Shown: piece by piece, positions 21,145 to 31,722 of the stretch
How the letters are laid out: each line of letters starts with the position of its first letter
How positions within the stretch are numbered: the stretch's first letter is position 1
DNA from: Candidatus Dormiibacterota bacterium
GTDB taxonomy: Bacteria > Chloroflexota > Dormibacteria > Aeolococcales > Aeolococcaceae
NCBI GenBank assembly: GCA_963709585.1
Contig: CAVPXI010000007.1
Span: 224,001 to 288,000, forward strand
DNA length: 64,000 nt
Direction: 5' to 3'
Program-made: the position numbers and the translations under genes
Notes under the pieces: model-generated
Seen by the model: only the letters and a program-made list of their open reading frames with translations
Told to the model about the DNA's origin: nothing
Database searches by the model: none

Positions 21145-22468
21145 TTAGCGGGCGTGCGGGCGGCTGACGTTGGAGGCGACCGCAGCTTCAATATGCAGGG
21201 CCGCCGCCGCGACACCATTCCGGCTCCGGATTGTCTTGCCGATCTCGTCGAGGCGGATTCGCAGCGGCCCGTTGCGCAGGAGCCGGTCCAGCGCCTCGCC
21301 CATCTGCGCGTCGGTAAACGTGTAGGTATCGAGGCGGACGCCGAACCCGGCTTCGTGCACACGCTGGGCGTTGTCATGCTGATCCCAGAACAACGGCAGC
21401 ACCAGCATGGGCTTGCCGAAATGGAAAGTCTCCGTGACGGTGTTGTTGCCGCCATGAGTGATCACCAGGTCGACCAGAGGAATGACGCGCGTCTGAGGGA
21501 CGAGTTCCGCACCCCACATGTTTGACGCCAGCTCGTACTCGCCATGACGTGGACCCTTTGAGACGATATAGCGATGCGGGGTCCGCCCGAGCACATCGAC
21601 CAGGCGCCTCATGAGGTCGACATCGGCGCTCGCCAGCGATCCGAGCGAGAGGTAGATGAGCGCTGACCCGCGGTGGCGGTCGCGCATCTCGACGGGCAGC
21701 TCGAATGTGTCGTCCGTTTCCCGTACGCTCGAGTCGAGGCGGTGCCAAGTGGCATCCATCTGACGTCTGTCGATGTAGTCCATCACCTCCGGGTACACAT
21801 ACAGGTTCAGGAGGTCGGATGTGTGGATGAACTCGAGATCTGGAAGGGGCGGCGCGCCCTGCTCCTGCACCCACGCATTGAACGGTTCCCAGACCGGACG
21901 ATGCGTCCGTTCGTACTCGCCGCGAAACTCCATCCACGCGATGTGGTCGTCGCACCCGAGGCCGGAATAGGGTGGGGGTATGTCCGGCCCCCGGATCTCG
22001 AGTGGGTTGCACGAGACGATCCGCACGAAGGGCATCCCTGACGTCATCAGGGCTGGAAAGCACACCACGTTGTCTTGGACCACCACGTCCGGCTTGACAT
22101 CGGCAACGATCTCGCGAAGCTGAGGCTCGCAGAACCTCGCCCCGTCGATGAGCGCCTGCCACGTCGGCGCCATGAACGTCTCGAGCTGTTCGACCGTCGG
22201 CCGTCGGAACTCTTGGGCAGTGTCGCGAATGAAGTCCTTCCAGAACTGGCCGGCGTCCTGGGTTTCGGGATCTCCGGCTGGCGGGGCGAGGTCAACAAGT
22301 ACTTCGTCGAAACCAAGCGCGGCGAGCTTGCCTCTCCATGAGACCTCAGCTGCGAAGACCACGTGGTGCCCGCGCTGGCGCAGGAACTCGGCCGATGCCA
22401 ATGCAGTTGTTGGTCGGGCCATATGCCGACTCGGGCATCAAGAGAACTGTCATAGGCGACACGCTCAT
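21145..22468 (-). CDS. Family 1 (MGT/UGT-like) glycosyltransferase; +1 indel near 22391
   Basis: N-terminal MPESAYGPTNNCIGIG in a different frame after RBS AGGAGG; YLSLGSL, VPQ, THGGNNT, PLFWDQ.DNA. Confidence 0.85.
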
Positions 22469-22507
22469 GGACCTCCTGCCCGGTGGTGGTGATGCCTTGG
22501 CCGATGG

Positions 22508-23491
22508 TCAAACAACTCCTTTGCCAAAGGTCCCCTGCAACCCACCGACATGGGCAAGGTCGGCGCCGCGTGGTTTGGTTTGGCCATCCTGCGCTCGTGG
22601 CGCTGAGGTCAGCCCTCGAGAACGTCCAACCAAACCCAGCACACCCTCTGCCACCGGCCGAGCGGGAAGCGCGCGCAGCATGCGCCGGGAGACCTCCTCG
22701 ACTGAGCCGATTCCTTCGATCTCCGCGACCAGCCCTTGCTTGCGGTAGTGATCGAGCACCGGCAACGTCTTCTCCAGGTAGACCGCAATACGGCGCTGGG
22801 CGGTCTCCGGCCGGTCGTCCTCGCGCACGATGAGGTCCCTGCCGTCCGCCTCGCAGCCCAACGGTCGGGGCTGGTCAGCCTCGAACCCGTAGCTTCGTCC
22901 GCAGCCCGGGCAGGTCAGCCTGGTCGTGATGCGCCGGATCAGCTCAGCCTCGGGCACGTTCAGGTACAGGACGCGGTCGAAGCCAGTCGCCATCGACGCC
23001 GCCAGCGCGTCGAGCGCTCGGGCTTGCGGCACGGTGCGGGGGAAGCCGTCGAGTAGGAAGCCGTCCCGGCGGTCGCTCCCCCGTAGGCGCTTCCTGATGA
23101 TGTCGATCATCAGCGCGTCCGGAACCAGGTCGCCGCGCTGCATGTAGGCTTGGACGCGCAGCCCCAGCTCGGTCCGCTCGGCCAGCTCGGCGCGCAGGAT
23201 GTTCCCCGTCGCGATCGCGGGAATGTCGAGGCGCGCGGCTAAAAGGTCCGCCTGCGTCCCCTTACCACTGGCCGGCGCCCCGAGGAGCAGCAGATTCAGC
23301 CGCGGCCTGTCTCCGGCGACAAACGGTAGTGCTCGCTCCATCGGCCCGTCGCATTCGGTGGCACGAATTTCCGTATTGGGGAGTCCGGGCGCCTGGGGGC
23401 TGATGGCGGCTTCGACGACCAGCGGGGTTAGGACCGGTCGCTCCTCGACGATGAGTGCCGGCTTGAACCGGTGCACGACGGCAGCTTTCAT
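22508..23491 (-). CDS. adk: Adenylate kinase with atypical N- and C-terminal extensions
   Basis: GAPASGKGTQA, GDLVPD, FLLDGFPRT..QA, lid CPGC...CEAD, REDD. Confidence 0.85.
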   Translation of the reverse strand: MKAAVVHRFKPALIVEERPVLTPLVVEAAISPQAPGLPNTEIRATECDGPMERALPFVAGDRPRLNLLLLGAPASGKGTQADLLAARLDIPAIATGNILRAELAERTELGLRVQAYMQRGDLVPDALMIDIIRKRLRGSDRRDGFLLDGFPRTVPQARALDALAASMATGFDRVLYLNVPEAELIRRITTRLTCPGCGRSYGFEADQPRPLGCEADGRDLIVREDDRPETAQRRIAVYLEKTLPVLDHYRKQGLVAEIEGIGSVEEVSRRMLRALPARPVAEGVLGLVGRSRGLTSAPRAQDGQTKPRGADLAHVGGLQGTFGKGVV

Positions 23492-23619
23492 GGGGCAACT
23501 CCTCGCGAATCAGTTGGCTTCGTCCCGGCTTGGACGGATCCCAGTAAAACGCTTGTGGCCCTCACCGGACCAGGGCCGTTGGTCACGTGACCGGCGCCGA
23601 AGGTCTCGCAGTTTGAACA

Positions 23620-25160
23620 TCACCTGCCCGTCGTCGCCTCAAGGCGTCCCTGCTCGATGGCGGCGACGAACGCGGCGTAGTCCTCGTCGTTTTGGTGGGC
23701 GTACGCGGCGGCGAACGCGGTGATCGCGCGCACCAAGACATCAGACCGGCCAATGTACGCGGCGATCGCTACCGCGTCACCGGAGCGCGCGTGGCCGCGA
23801 GCAAGCGTCCACCCACACAGGAACGCGTAACCGGCAGCCTCGTTGGGCGCCAGGTGCTCGAGGTCAACTGAGCCTTTCCAGTCGCGGAGCTGGCGGACGT
23901 AGTAATCGGGCCGGCGGGGTCTCGCGTCCACCCCAGGAGGATGTCGCTCACGGCCTGCGTGAGACGCTGGCCCTCGACAACTCGCTGACCGTGATTCGTA
24001 TAACGGCTCGGCGCGAGATGCTCTTCGAGAACTGACGCCGCGGCCTCCTTCACCTGCAGGAAGAGAGGGTCGCCCTGGTCGCGTCCCTCTAGGAGCAGTA
24101 TGAAACAACGCGTGCCCACGCTCCCCACGCCAACGACCTTTAACGCAACGTCGACCGGTCTGAACCGATCGAGCACCACTCTTCGATCATCACCGATGGA
24201 TTGCTTATAGGATGTGAAGGCCGCGCGGACCGTGGCCTCGACTTCCGCCGTGTCGCCGAACTCGGGGATCTCCCGAAGGGGGAGCAGCAACGGCGGGTCG
24301 CTCCGGATTCGTGAGTGTCCCGCTTCCTGAACCGCCAGCCTTCGAAGGGCTTGCAGGTTGTCGCTGGATCGCGCGTGTTGCGCAAGTCGGCCGACCTGGC
24401 GCCGCATCGTCCGCTGCGACCACTCAGCGACTTCTCGCAGCTGATCGGCGGTGAGGTGGTCATACCACACGTCAAGCGTTCCCATACCGGCAGCCTCGGT
24501 CATCCCTGTGCAATATCCCTCCACCGCCCGCGCCGTCACCGACTCACATGTGGCTCGGTCGAACCTTCGATGGAGGCCGGCGATCATGCAGCTCGCTGCG
24601 AGGCGCTTGATGTCCCACTCCCACGGGCCAGGCAGCGTTTCGTCGAAGTCGTTCACGTCAAAAGCCAGCTGACGCTCGGGCGACGCGTAAACTCCGAAGT
24701 TCGCCAGATGGGCATCACCACATGCCTGGACCAAGAGTCCCGATGACGGTGTCGCTGCAAGGTCCGCGGCCATGATCCGTGCCGCGCCGCGATAGAAGGC
24801 AAACGGCGATACCCTCATGCGCCCATGGCGAATAGGTACGAGCCACGCAACGCGCCCGCGATTCTGCTCCTCGAGCAGCGTGACAGGATCTCGCCGTCTC
24901 GGCGCCGGGGCCCACTCCGCGTGATGCGTACGGGGCACCGCTTGACGCGCCGCATGTCCGTGCGCAAGCCGCTCAGCGGGGCTCAAATGCACGACAATCG
25001 ATTCCGTGCGCGTGTCTTCGGCGTGGACGCTCGTGGGGGCAGCAGCCAGGACTGCCGGTTGGCTCTGAGAGGCCTTGGGCATTGTCGGTAGATTGTTCAC
25101 TACCCGGGGGCTTTTCTGTTTGTCGTTGCGGGACTCACGTCGGCGTTCGAGCATGGACAC
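23620..25160 (-). CDS. DUF2252 family protein; -1 indel near 23910
   Basis: IRHGRM..SPFAFYRGAA.IMA.DL, CGDAHLANFG, FDVNDFDET, KVVGVGSVG; DYYVRQLRDWK...LARGHARSGD continues in the adjacent frame. Confidence 0.85.
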
Positions 25161-25895
25161 TCAATTGTTGCTGGGTCCTCCGCCGAGGCCGATCCTGTTC
25201 CATAGCCGATCCCTAAGCCGAAGCATCCAATGCGCGTCGCCGCTCCGCGCTTGCGCGCGCGCCATCTTCGCGGGGTCGCGCGTATATCGAAGTCGAGCCC
25301 AGGGCGAGGTTGGATGGGCAAGTCGAATCGACCCGACGATGGCGATCGGTGGGAAGAAGAACCCAAGGACACCCGTCGCCGGCTTGCCCTTCAACAGCGT
25401 GATGGCGACGAAGACGACGTTGACACCGACTGTCATCACGACCGTCAGCTGGCCGAGGGTGCCGGGATCGGACGTAATTCCGAGCGGGGCAATGCCGGTG
25501 ATGAGCAGAGCGGTGAAGAGGACCATCACCACCATGGCGTCGACGGACTGCCGCCCCTCGACCGACCAGTACACATCCTCCAGGTGAAGCAGGAGGGCGA
25601 ACTCGTCGACTGTCAATGCGGCGCCGATGCCGAAGACGACCGCAACAACATCCAGCCCAGGCTCCGAGAGCCGAAACGCGATTCCGACAATCCCCGCGAG
25701 GAGCATGGCGACCACGCCGAAGACGACATGGTGGATGTGGAGCCCTCCCGGCGCGATGTTGTGAAGGCCCCACTTGCCCTCGCGGATCTTCCGGGTGATG
25801 ACGCGCACGATCACGAAGGTCACGATCATCGCCAGCAGCATGAGAAGCGCTGGCAGTCGACCGCTGGCGACGATCTGGTCTACATATCGGCCCAC
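25161..25895 (-). CDS. Integral membrane protein, function unknown
   Basis: About 6 hydrophobic segments; HIHHVVFG, LTVDEFALLLHLEDVYW. Confidence 0.75.
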   Translation of the reverse strand: MGRYVDQIVASGRLPALLMLLAMIVTFVIVRVITRKIREGKWGLHNIAPGGLHIHHVVFGVVAMLLAGIVGIAFRLSEPGLDVVAVVFGIGAALTVDEFALLLHLEDVYWSVEGRQSVDAMVVMVLFTALLITGIAPLGITSDPGTLGQLTVVMTVGVNVVFVAITLLKGKPATGVLGFFFPPIAIVGSIRLAHPTSPWARLRYTRDPAKMARAQARSGDAHWMLRLRDRLWNRIGLGGGPSNN

Positions 25896-26095
25896 GGTGA
25901 CAGTGTGCGGGAGAGGTTAAGGATCCCATGCGAGGGCTGCTAGCCGGTCCCATCGCGTTGGGCAGGGATAGACGGGCGACGCACCGTGCCTCGCTGGCCT
26001 CGTAGCCACGTAGCTATGCTGAGGAGGATGACCATCCGGGCACAGGTGAACTCCCGTTTCGAGGTCATTGATGGCTACCAGGCGTCGGCAGCGCC

Positions 26096-27520
26096 ATGAG
26101 TCTTTTCGTGGTGCGCCACCAGCACTCCGCGGACCGGTGCCCCGCCGCCGACTTCGAAACGGGTGCCGGATTGCTCAACCATCTCAGCAAGACCAACGCA
26201 CGTCGCCACGGTGTGCGCATTCGCGGCGATGCCGTGCTCGCCGCCCACACGCTGCTGATCATCGCCGAAGCCGATAACGAGGATGTCCTGCATGAGTTCC
26301 TTCGGCCGTTCGAGGCAGCTGGTACCGTCAGCGTGGAGTCGGCGTCGACGTGCGCGCAGGTGGTGGCGGGGGGCGGATGTGAAGGGATCGCGCCTGCGCT
26401 CGACCCTGCGGTGCCGGCACTCGATCCTGAGGAAGCCTGCGAGGAGGCTCTCGACGCCGGCCTCGTCGTACACCGAGCCCACCCGCTCAACTGCGAGACA
26501 CCACTTCCTGCGCTGATGGGAGGTGTGGTCATGCCGAATGCCCGGTTCTACATTCGCAACCACTTCCAGATCCCAAACCTCAACTCGGCCACTTGGCAAC
26601 TCGAAATCAGCGGCCTGGTTGAGCGGCCGCTCTCGCTCGACCTTGCGCAATTGCGAGCCCTCCCATCCCAGAGCGCCGTCGTCACGCTGGAATGCGCCGG
26701 CAATGGTCGAGCCGGCTTCGAGCCGCGGGTGCCCGGCGAGCAGTGGGGTGTTGGCGCGGTGAGCACCGCAGAGTGGACCGGCGTTCTGCTGACAGAGGTG
26801 CTGGAACGGGCCGGTGTACAGCGCGCCGCCCGAGGCGTGGTGTTCCGGGGCAGTGACAGCGGTGAGGTCGAAGCACGCGTTGGCTCAGTGCACTTCGAGC
26901 GGAGCCTGTCCATCGATGAACTCACCACATCGGGCGCGCTCTTGGCGTATGCCATGAATGGCGAGCAACTGCCTGTACACCACGGGTATCCGCTGCGCCT
27001 CGTGGTGCCAAGCTGGTACGCGGTGGCCTCGGTGAAATGGTTGACCCACATCGAGCTGATCGACCGGCCCTTCGATGGCCACTTCCAGATCGACCGGTAC
27101 CACATCGACGGGGAGCCGCTGAGCCTCCTGCAGGTCCGAGCTCTCATCATTGAGCCGAGGCCGGGCCAGCCGGTCGAGCCGGGACAGGTGGTGATCCGAG
27201 GCGTCGCATGGTCGGGGGCCGCGCCCATCGAGCAGGTCGAGTTGAGCATCGATGGTGGCTCCTGGCAGCCGGCATCCCTGATTGGGGAGCGCCGCAGGCA
27301 CAGCTGGCAATGGTGGGAGCGGGCAGTGCGGCTCGACAGCATCGATGGGAACGTCGTGATTCGGGCCCGGGCAACCGATCTGGCAGGGCGGACGCAGCCT
27401 GACCACCCAAGCTGGAACCGGCTCGGCTATGCCAACAATGCTGTCCAGGAGGTGCACGTCACCGTGCGCTCATCGGTCGTATCAGCGGATCCGGCACAAA
27501 CTCAAGACGCAGATCGCTAG
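26096..27520 (+). CDS. Sulfite-oxidase-like molybdopterin oxidoreductase with extra N-terminal domain
   Basis: FYIRNH, TLECAGN (Mo-Cys), A.WTGV, HGYPLRLVVP.WY..ASVKW, RARATD..G..QP. Confidence 0.88.
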   Translation: MSLFVVRHQHSADRCPAADFETGAGLLNHLSKTNARRHGVRIRGDAVLAAHTLLIIAEADNEDVLHEFLRPFEAAGTVSVESASTCAQVVAGGGCEGIAPALDPAVPALDPEEACEEALDAGLVVHRAHPLNCETPLPALMGGVVMPNARFYIRNHFQIPNLNSATWQLEISGLVERPLSLDLAQLRALPSQSAVVTLECAGNGRAGFEPRVPGEQWGVGAVSTAEWTGVLLTEVLERAGVQRAARGVVFRGSDSGEVEARVGSVHFERSLSIDELTTSGALLAYAMNGEQLPVHHGYPLRLVVPSWYAVASVKWLTHIELIDRPFDGHFQIDRYHIDGEPLSLLQVRALIIEPRPGQPVEPGQVVIRGVAWSGAAPIEQVELSIDGGSWQPASLIGERRRHSWQWWERAVRLDSIDGNVVIRARATDLAGRTQPDHPSWNRLGYANNAVQEVHVTVRSSVVSADPAQTQDADR

Positions 27521-27546
27521 TACGCGCACTGAAAGGTCGGTCCCGC

Positions 27547-28077
27547 TCAAATCACCTCAATCGCGGCGGGATTGCGTAGACATTCAGCGTGGTCGTGATG
27601 GGCCGCGAAGGTCATGCCCGTGCCAGGCTCACCTGTACCAAAGAGGATCCCCGCATAACAAACGATGGCAACTCCCGTGGCCAGGGCCATGACGAGTGAC
27701 TCTCCATTTCCAGAGTCGCCAACAAACCGAGTTCCCGCCAGCCACGCGAGGAGGATGGCCAACAAGGCGGCGCCGGTGACCGTCATCAGCACTCCGCGCC
27801 GCAACAAACTCGCGCGCACAACCGCGGAGATGCCCGTGATCAGCAGCAATGTTCCCAGCAGTGCATGCAGAGTCAGCGCCACGGGTCCATTCGTTACCGC
27901 TGCGCCAAAAGCGGAAAGGAGAGTCTTACCGGCATCCGACGACGGAAGTGTTGAATACAGATTCACAGCAACACCGAGAGCAAACTCGATGACAAGCATC
28001 ACAACGGCTGCCAACGAGTTGGTGCGCAATCCGCTGATACGCGTTCTCTTGCTTGACGCGGGGCTAATCGCGCTCAT
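27547..28077 (-). CDS. Membrane protein
   Basis: Four hydrophobic segments; ATGA overlap with the SDR stop. Confidence 0.65.
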   Translation of the reverse strand: MSAISPASSKRTRISGLRTNSLAAVVMLVIEFALGVAVNLYSTLPSSDAGKTLLSAFGAAVTNGPVALTLHALLGTLLLITGISAVVRASLLRRGVLMTVTGAALLAILLAWLAGTRFVGDSGNGESLVMALATGVAIVCYAGILFGTGEPGTGMTFAAHHDHAECLRNPAAIEVI

Positions 28078-28868
28078 ACCATTACCTTGCCACCGGCGAC
28101 GTCGAGTGTCACGCCGGTAATCCACGATGATGCATCCGATGCAAGGAAGAGGGTTGCTGCTGCGACATCTTCAGGCTGGCCGATACGTCCCAAAGGGAAA
28201 GAAGCGCCAAGGGCGATGCGCTGTTCTTCGGATACCCACGATCGCATCCGGTCGTTTTCGATTGCCGATGGTGCGATGCAGTTGACACGAATCCCGGCAT
28301 TGCCGAACTCGCCGGCCAGGTGGCGCGTCAACGCAATAACGCCGGCCTTGGCGGCCGCATACGCGGCGGAAGACTTCGCCGCTTGCCTCGCCGCCGACGA
28401 GGCCATCGTGATGATGACGCCGGAATTGCGCTCAAGCATGCCGGGCAGAAACGCCGACACGGTGAGAAATGTCGACGTGAGATCCGTCTCCACGACCTCG
28501 CGCCAGTGCGCACCATTCTCCTGCTCCGTGGCAACAGGCATGCCATTCCCGCCGGCAAACGCCGCGAGAATGTCTGCGCGTCCGAACTCCGCGCTGACCG
28601 CTTGTTGAAGCGCGCCGACATCGGTATCCACAGTGCAATCGGCAATCACACCGAGTGCTTGACCCCCTGACCTGCGAACCGCCCGAACGCTGTTGTCGAC
28701 GGCAGCCTTGTCACGTCCGACAATGACGACGGAAACGCCGTTCGCGGCCAGAGCCAAAGCGGCGGCGGCGCCGATTCCCCGAGACCCTCCGGTTACAACC
28801 GCGACTTTGCCGTCCAGATCCGGATAGGTTGCCGATTTGAGCTGTCGCGGAGCGACCACCGGCGTCAC
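28074..28868 (-). CDS. SDR family oxidoreductase
   Basis: TGGSRGIG, YAAAK, NCIAP, DVAGG; GTG at 28868 follows RBS GGAGGAG (alternative start 28901). Confidence 0.9.
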   Translation of the reverse strand: MTPVVAPRQLKSATYPDLDGKVAVVTGGSRGIGAAAALALAANGVSVVIVGRDKAAVDNSVRAVRRSGGQALGVIADCTVDTDVGALQQAVSAEFGRADILAAFAGGNGMPVATEQENGAHWREVVETDLTSTFLTVSAFLPGMLERNSGVIITMASSAARQAAKSSAAYAAAKAGVIALTRHLAGEFGNAGIRVNCIAPSAIENDRMRSWVSEEQRIALGASFPLGRIGQPEDVAAATLFLASDASSWITGVTLDVAGGKVMV

Positions 28869-28901
28869 CGTGCTCCTCCGCGCGACGCCTCGTTCATTCA
28901 T

Positions 28902-28932
28902 CCTTTACAGTATACACTGTGTAAGGTAGAAT
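28902..28932. promoter_or_regulatory. TetR promoter with imperfect palindromic operator
   Basis: TTTACA(28904)-N17-TAGAAT(28927); inverted repeat ACAGT-ATAC-ACTGT within CCTTTACAGTATACACTGTGTAAGG. Confidence 0.6.
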
Positions 28933-28938
28933 ACAACC

Positions 28939-29571
28939 ATGTCCCCTCGCCCCTACCGGATGACGCGCCGCCAAGACCTGGTGGACTCGACGCGCGGCAG
29001 GATCCTGGACGCGGCTCTCGCGGTCCTCGTGAGCGGCAAGCGTTTCTCCATCGACGCGGTCGCACGAGAGGCCAAGGTGACCCGAGTGACCGTGTACGAC
29101 CGCTTTGGCACACGCGAAGCACTGGTGGAGAGCACGTTTGACCACCTCGCGGAGACCGGGGGGCTCACATTGTTGCCGCGAGCGTTCACGCCAGCGGATC
29201 CGCTGGACGCGCTCACGGACTTCGTCACCATCTTCTGCGGCTTCTACTCCGTCCACCGTGCCGCCCTTCGCCGGCTCCACGCACTCGGTGCCTTGGGACA
29301 GGACGCCGAACGGCACACGGATCGGAATACTCGTCGTCTGCGCGGCCTTCAGGTGCTTCTTGGACGAATCGCCGACGCGGGATTTCCTGGAGCACGTGAA
29401 CCCGAGGCGGCGCGCGTGGCACATGCACTGACCAGCTTTGCCTTCGTCGACGAGCTCGCCGGCTTCGCGCGCGACCCCGTAGAGGTAGCGCCAACCGTGG
29501 TGGCGCTCATCCACCACGCGGCTCACGTCGGTGATCGTGGCTCAACGCCGGTCCTAGAGATGAAGTCATGA
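28939..29571 (+). CDS. TetR/AcrR family regulator
   Basis: TRGRILDAA...SIDAVAREAKVTRVTVYDRFGTREAL. Confidence 0.9.
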   Translation: MSPRPYRMTRRQDLVDSTRGRILDAALAVLVSGKRFSIDAVAREAKVTRVTVYDRFGTREALVESTFDHLAETGGLTLLPRAFTPADPLDALTDFVTIFCGFYSVHRAALRRLHALGALGQDAERHTDRNTRRLRGLQVLLGRIADAGFPGAREPEAARVAHALTSFAFVDELAGFARDPVEVAPTVVALIHHAAHVGDRGSTPVLEMKS

Positions 29572-29978
29572 GCGCGACAGGCAAGAGCAAGAATGCATTG
29601 GCCAACGTCATTGTCGGCCTCCTCGTCGTGATGGCCATCACCCTTGCCACGGCCTCGACTATTCATTTCGGCGTGGCGGTCGCCGGCGTCGATGATCGGT
29701 TCCCAGGTGCCGCGTTGCCCGAGGCGATCATCTCCGTCGTGGTGCTGGCGGGCGCCGCAGTAGCAGCACTGCGCGTTTCGCACGCTTGGGGCTGGGCGTT
29801 GGCCGCTACGTTCGTCGCCATCGTGGGCTTTCTGGTGGGACTGCGTTTCACCCTTTTCGGAGGCCGCCCGGTGGTCTCCGGCGATGTCGCGTACCACCTC
29901 GCAGGACTGCTGGTCCTTCTCGCTATCGCTGGATTGCTCCTTTCCCCACGCGGGCGCGTGGCGCTTCGCAGAGCCTAG
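29568..29978 (+). CDS. Membrane protein
   Basis: Four hydrophobic segments; ATGA overlap with tetR. Confidence 0.65.
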   Translation: MSATGKSKNALANVIVGLLVVMAITLATASTIHFGVAVAGVDDRFPGAALPEAIISVVVLAGAAVAALRVSHAWGWALAATFVAIVGFLVGLRFTLFGGRPVVSGDVAYHLAGLLVLLAIAGLLLSPRGRVALRRA

Positions 29979-30117
29979 GCATGTAACGAGTGCCTTCCAA
30001 TCACCAGTGCGCGAAGATCGCATGCCGAGAGGGATCTTGTGGAACTGCCTAGCGAGGTAACGTGAGAGCCGTGGCGCCTCTGTCAATGCAGCAATTCAGG
30101 CGCGCGTGGAGGTTGGC

Positions 30118-30732
30118 ATGACGAGCATTGCGGTCATCGGCTCAGGGAAGATCGGCGGAGGATTGGCGAAGAAGTGGGCAGCCGCGGGGCACGCGGTGAC
30201 CTTCGGAGCGCGTTCCCCGAGCAAGCCCGCGCTCGTGGATCTGGCGGAGAAGATCGGGGCCAAGCGCGATGAGATAGAAGGTGCCGTCCGGCACAGCGAG
30301 ATCGTGCTCTTCGCGATACCTGGCAACGAGATGGCGGAGACCCTGTCGCGTCTGGGGAGCCTGCTCAACGACAAGCTGGTGGTCGATGCTGCCAACAACG
30401 TGAGAGCCGAGCACATGCACAGTGCGGTCGCAGTTGCGGAGGCGGCACCCGGGGCAGCGTACTACAGGGCGTTCAGCTGCTACGGATGGGAGCAAATCGA
30501 GCGACCGGATGTCGACGGAACTCAGGCCGACGGGTTCTATTGCGGACCCGATGGCGCCCCTCGTGTCACGATTGAGCAGTTGATCGCCGATGTTGGATTT
30601 CGGCCTGTACGGGTGGGCGGTCCAGAGGATGTCGATGTCGTGGACGGGTTGCTCCGTCTTTGGTTCACGATGGTGATGAAGCACGGGCACAGCCGGCGTT
30701 TGGCCTTCAAGGTGCTCGAGGAGAGAGGCTGA
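30118..30732 (+). CDS. NADP oxidoreductase, F420-dependent family (Rossmann fold)
   Basis: IAVIGSGKIG, VVDAAN, CGPD...LIADVGFRPV; RBS GGAGG. Confidence 0.8.
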   Translation: MTSIAVIGSGKIGGGLAKKWAAAGHAVTFGARSPSKPALVDLAEKIGAKRDEIEGAVRHSEIVLFAIPGNEMAETLSRLGSLLNDKLVVDAANNVRAEHMHSAVAVAEAAPGAAYYRAFSCYGWEQIERPDVDGTQADGFYCGPDGAPRVTIEQLIADVGFRPVRVGGPEDVDVVDGLLRLWFTMVMKHGHSRRLAFKVLEERG

Positions 30733-31108
30733 TCGCGGCCGAGGCTACGCCTTGGGTGCGCCCTCACGCACTATCGCCCTGGCCGACGCACGCCCGCGAA
30801 GCGCGGTTGGCTGATCCAGGATTCGAAGGCTTCATTCTGATTCGAACGCATTTCGTTGAACGGCGACTTCGATGCTCATGATCGAGTGCCTGATACCCAG
30901 CGGTGACTGAGGGTTTTCTGCCAAGCGTCGAGCGACTGGCTGACATCGATGAATGCCAAATTGTCCGCTCTACCGCCAGCGCCTGTCCAGGGGCCTGCTG
31001 AACTCCGGCGGGTGAGCTAACCCGACGACCCCGGTCTTGAGGATCGACTGATCCATGCACGCGGCGGTCATCGGCCTCCCAGGATGGCCACTCCCTGGCT
31101 CCGTGGCA

Positions 31109-31705
31109 CTACCGATGGGCAGCTGCCGCCGGGTCCTCGCCTGCGCCGCCCGCCGAAACCCAGTTCGAGGTGACGACGGTGGTCCGAGCGATGTCCGGAT
31201 CCGTGAAGACGTCGAGATCGTCACGGCTCTGCGTGGAGAACTCCGAGACGATCGCGCCGTCTGGTCCCGCCTGGAACCAGTGCAGCGTGTTCGGCGGGAC
31301 GAGGTGTTGCTCACCCGGCCGAAGGATCACCTCGTGCCAGACCGTGTACGCGCCCCGGTCTGCCTTTGCCGGCCAGCAGCTGGGCTGCTCCGCCGGCGGG
31401 CCCTCGAGGTAGAGGTACACCAGGCCCTTGCGGCATCGGAACGTCTCCTCCTTGCCGGGAGTGCCTTCGAAGGGGGGGTGGCGATGCTCGGGGCAGGTCT
31501 GTCCGGGGAACATCACGATCTCCTTGGCACAGACACGATCCGTGTTGACGTACACGACGACCTCCAGCCCCGTCTGATCCAGCTCTGAGAGGCCGAAGTC
31601 GGCCACCTCGATGCTGTCGCGCTCCAGGTCGGTGAGAACGAACCCCGCTTCGTCGAGCAGCTTCGCAGCTCGCCGCCGCGCGTCCTGGATCTGCTCGTGT
31701 GTCAA
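31109..31705 (-). CDS. D-lyxose/D-mannose family ketol isomerase (cupin)
   Basis: ADFGL, CAKE...PGQTCPEHRHP, GKEETFR, LHWFQAG, EFST; start approximate. Confidence 0.88.
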   Translation of the reverse strand: MTHEQIQDARRRAAKLLDEAGFVLTDLERDSIEVADFGLSELDQTGLEVVVYVNTDRVCAKEIVMFPGQTCPEHRHPPFEGTPGKEETFRCRKGLVYLYLEGPPAEQPSCWPAKADRGAYTVWHEVILRPGEQHLVPPNTLHWFQAGPDGAIVSEFSTQSRDDLDVFTDPDIARTTVVTSNWVSAGGAGEDPAAAAHR

Positions 31706-31722
31706 CACAGTTCGTGAATACC

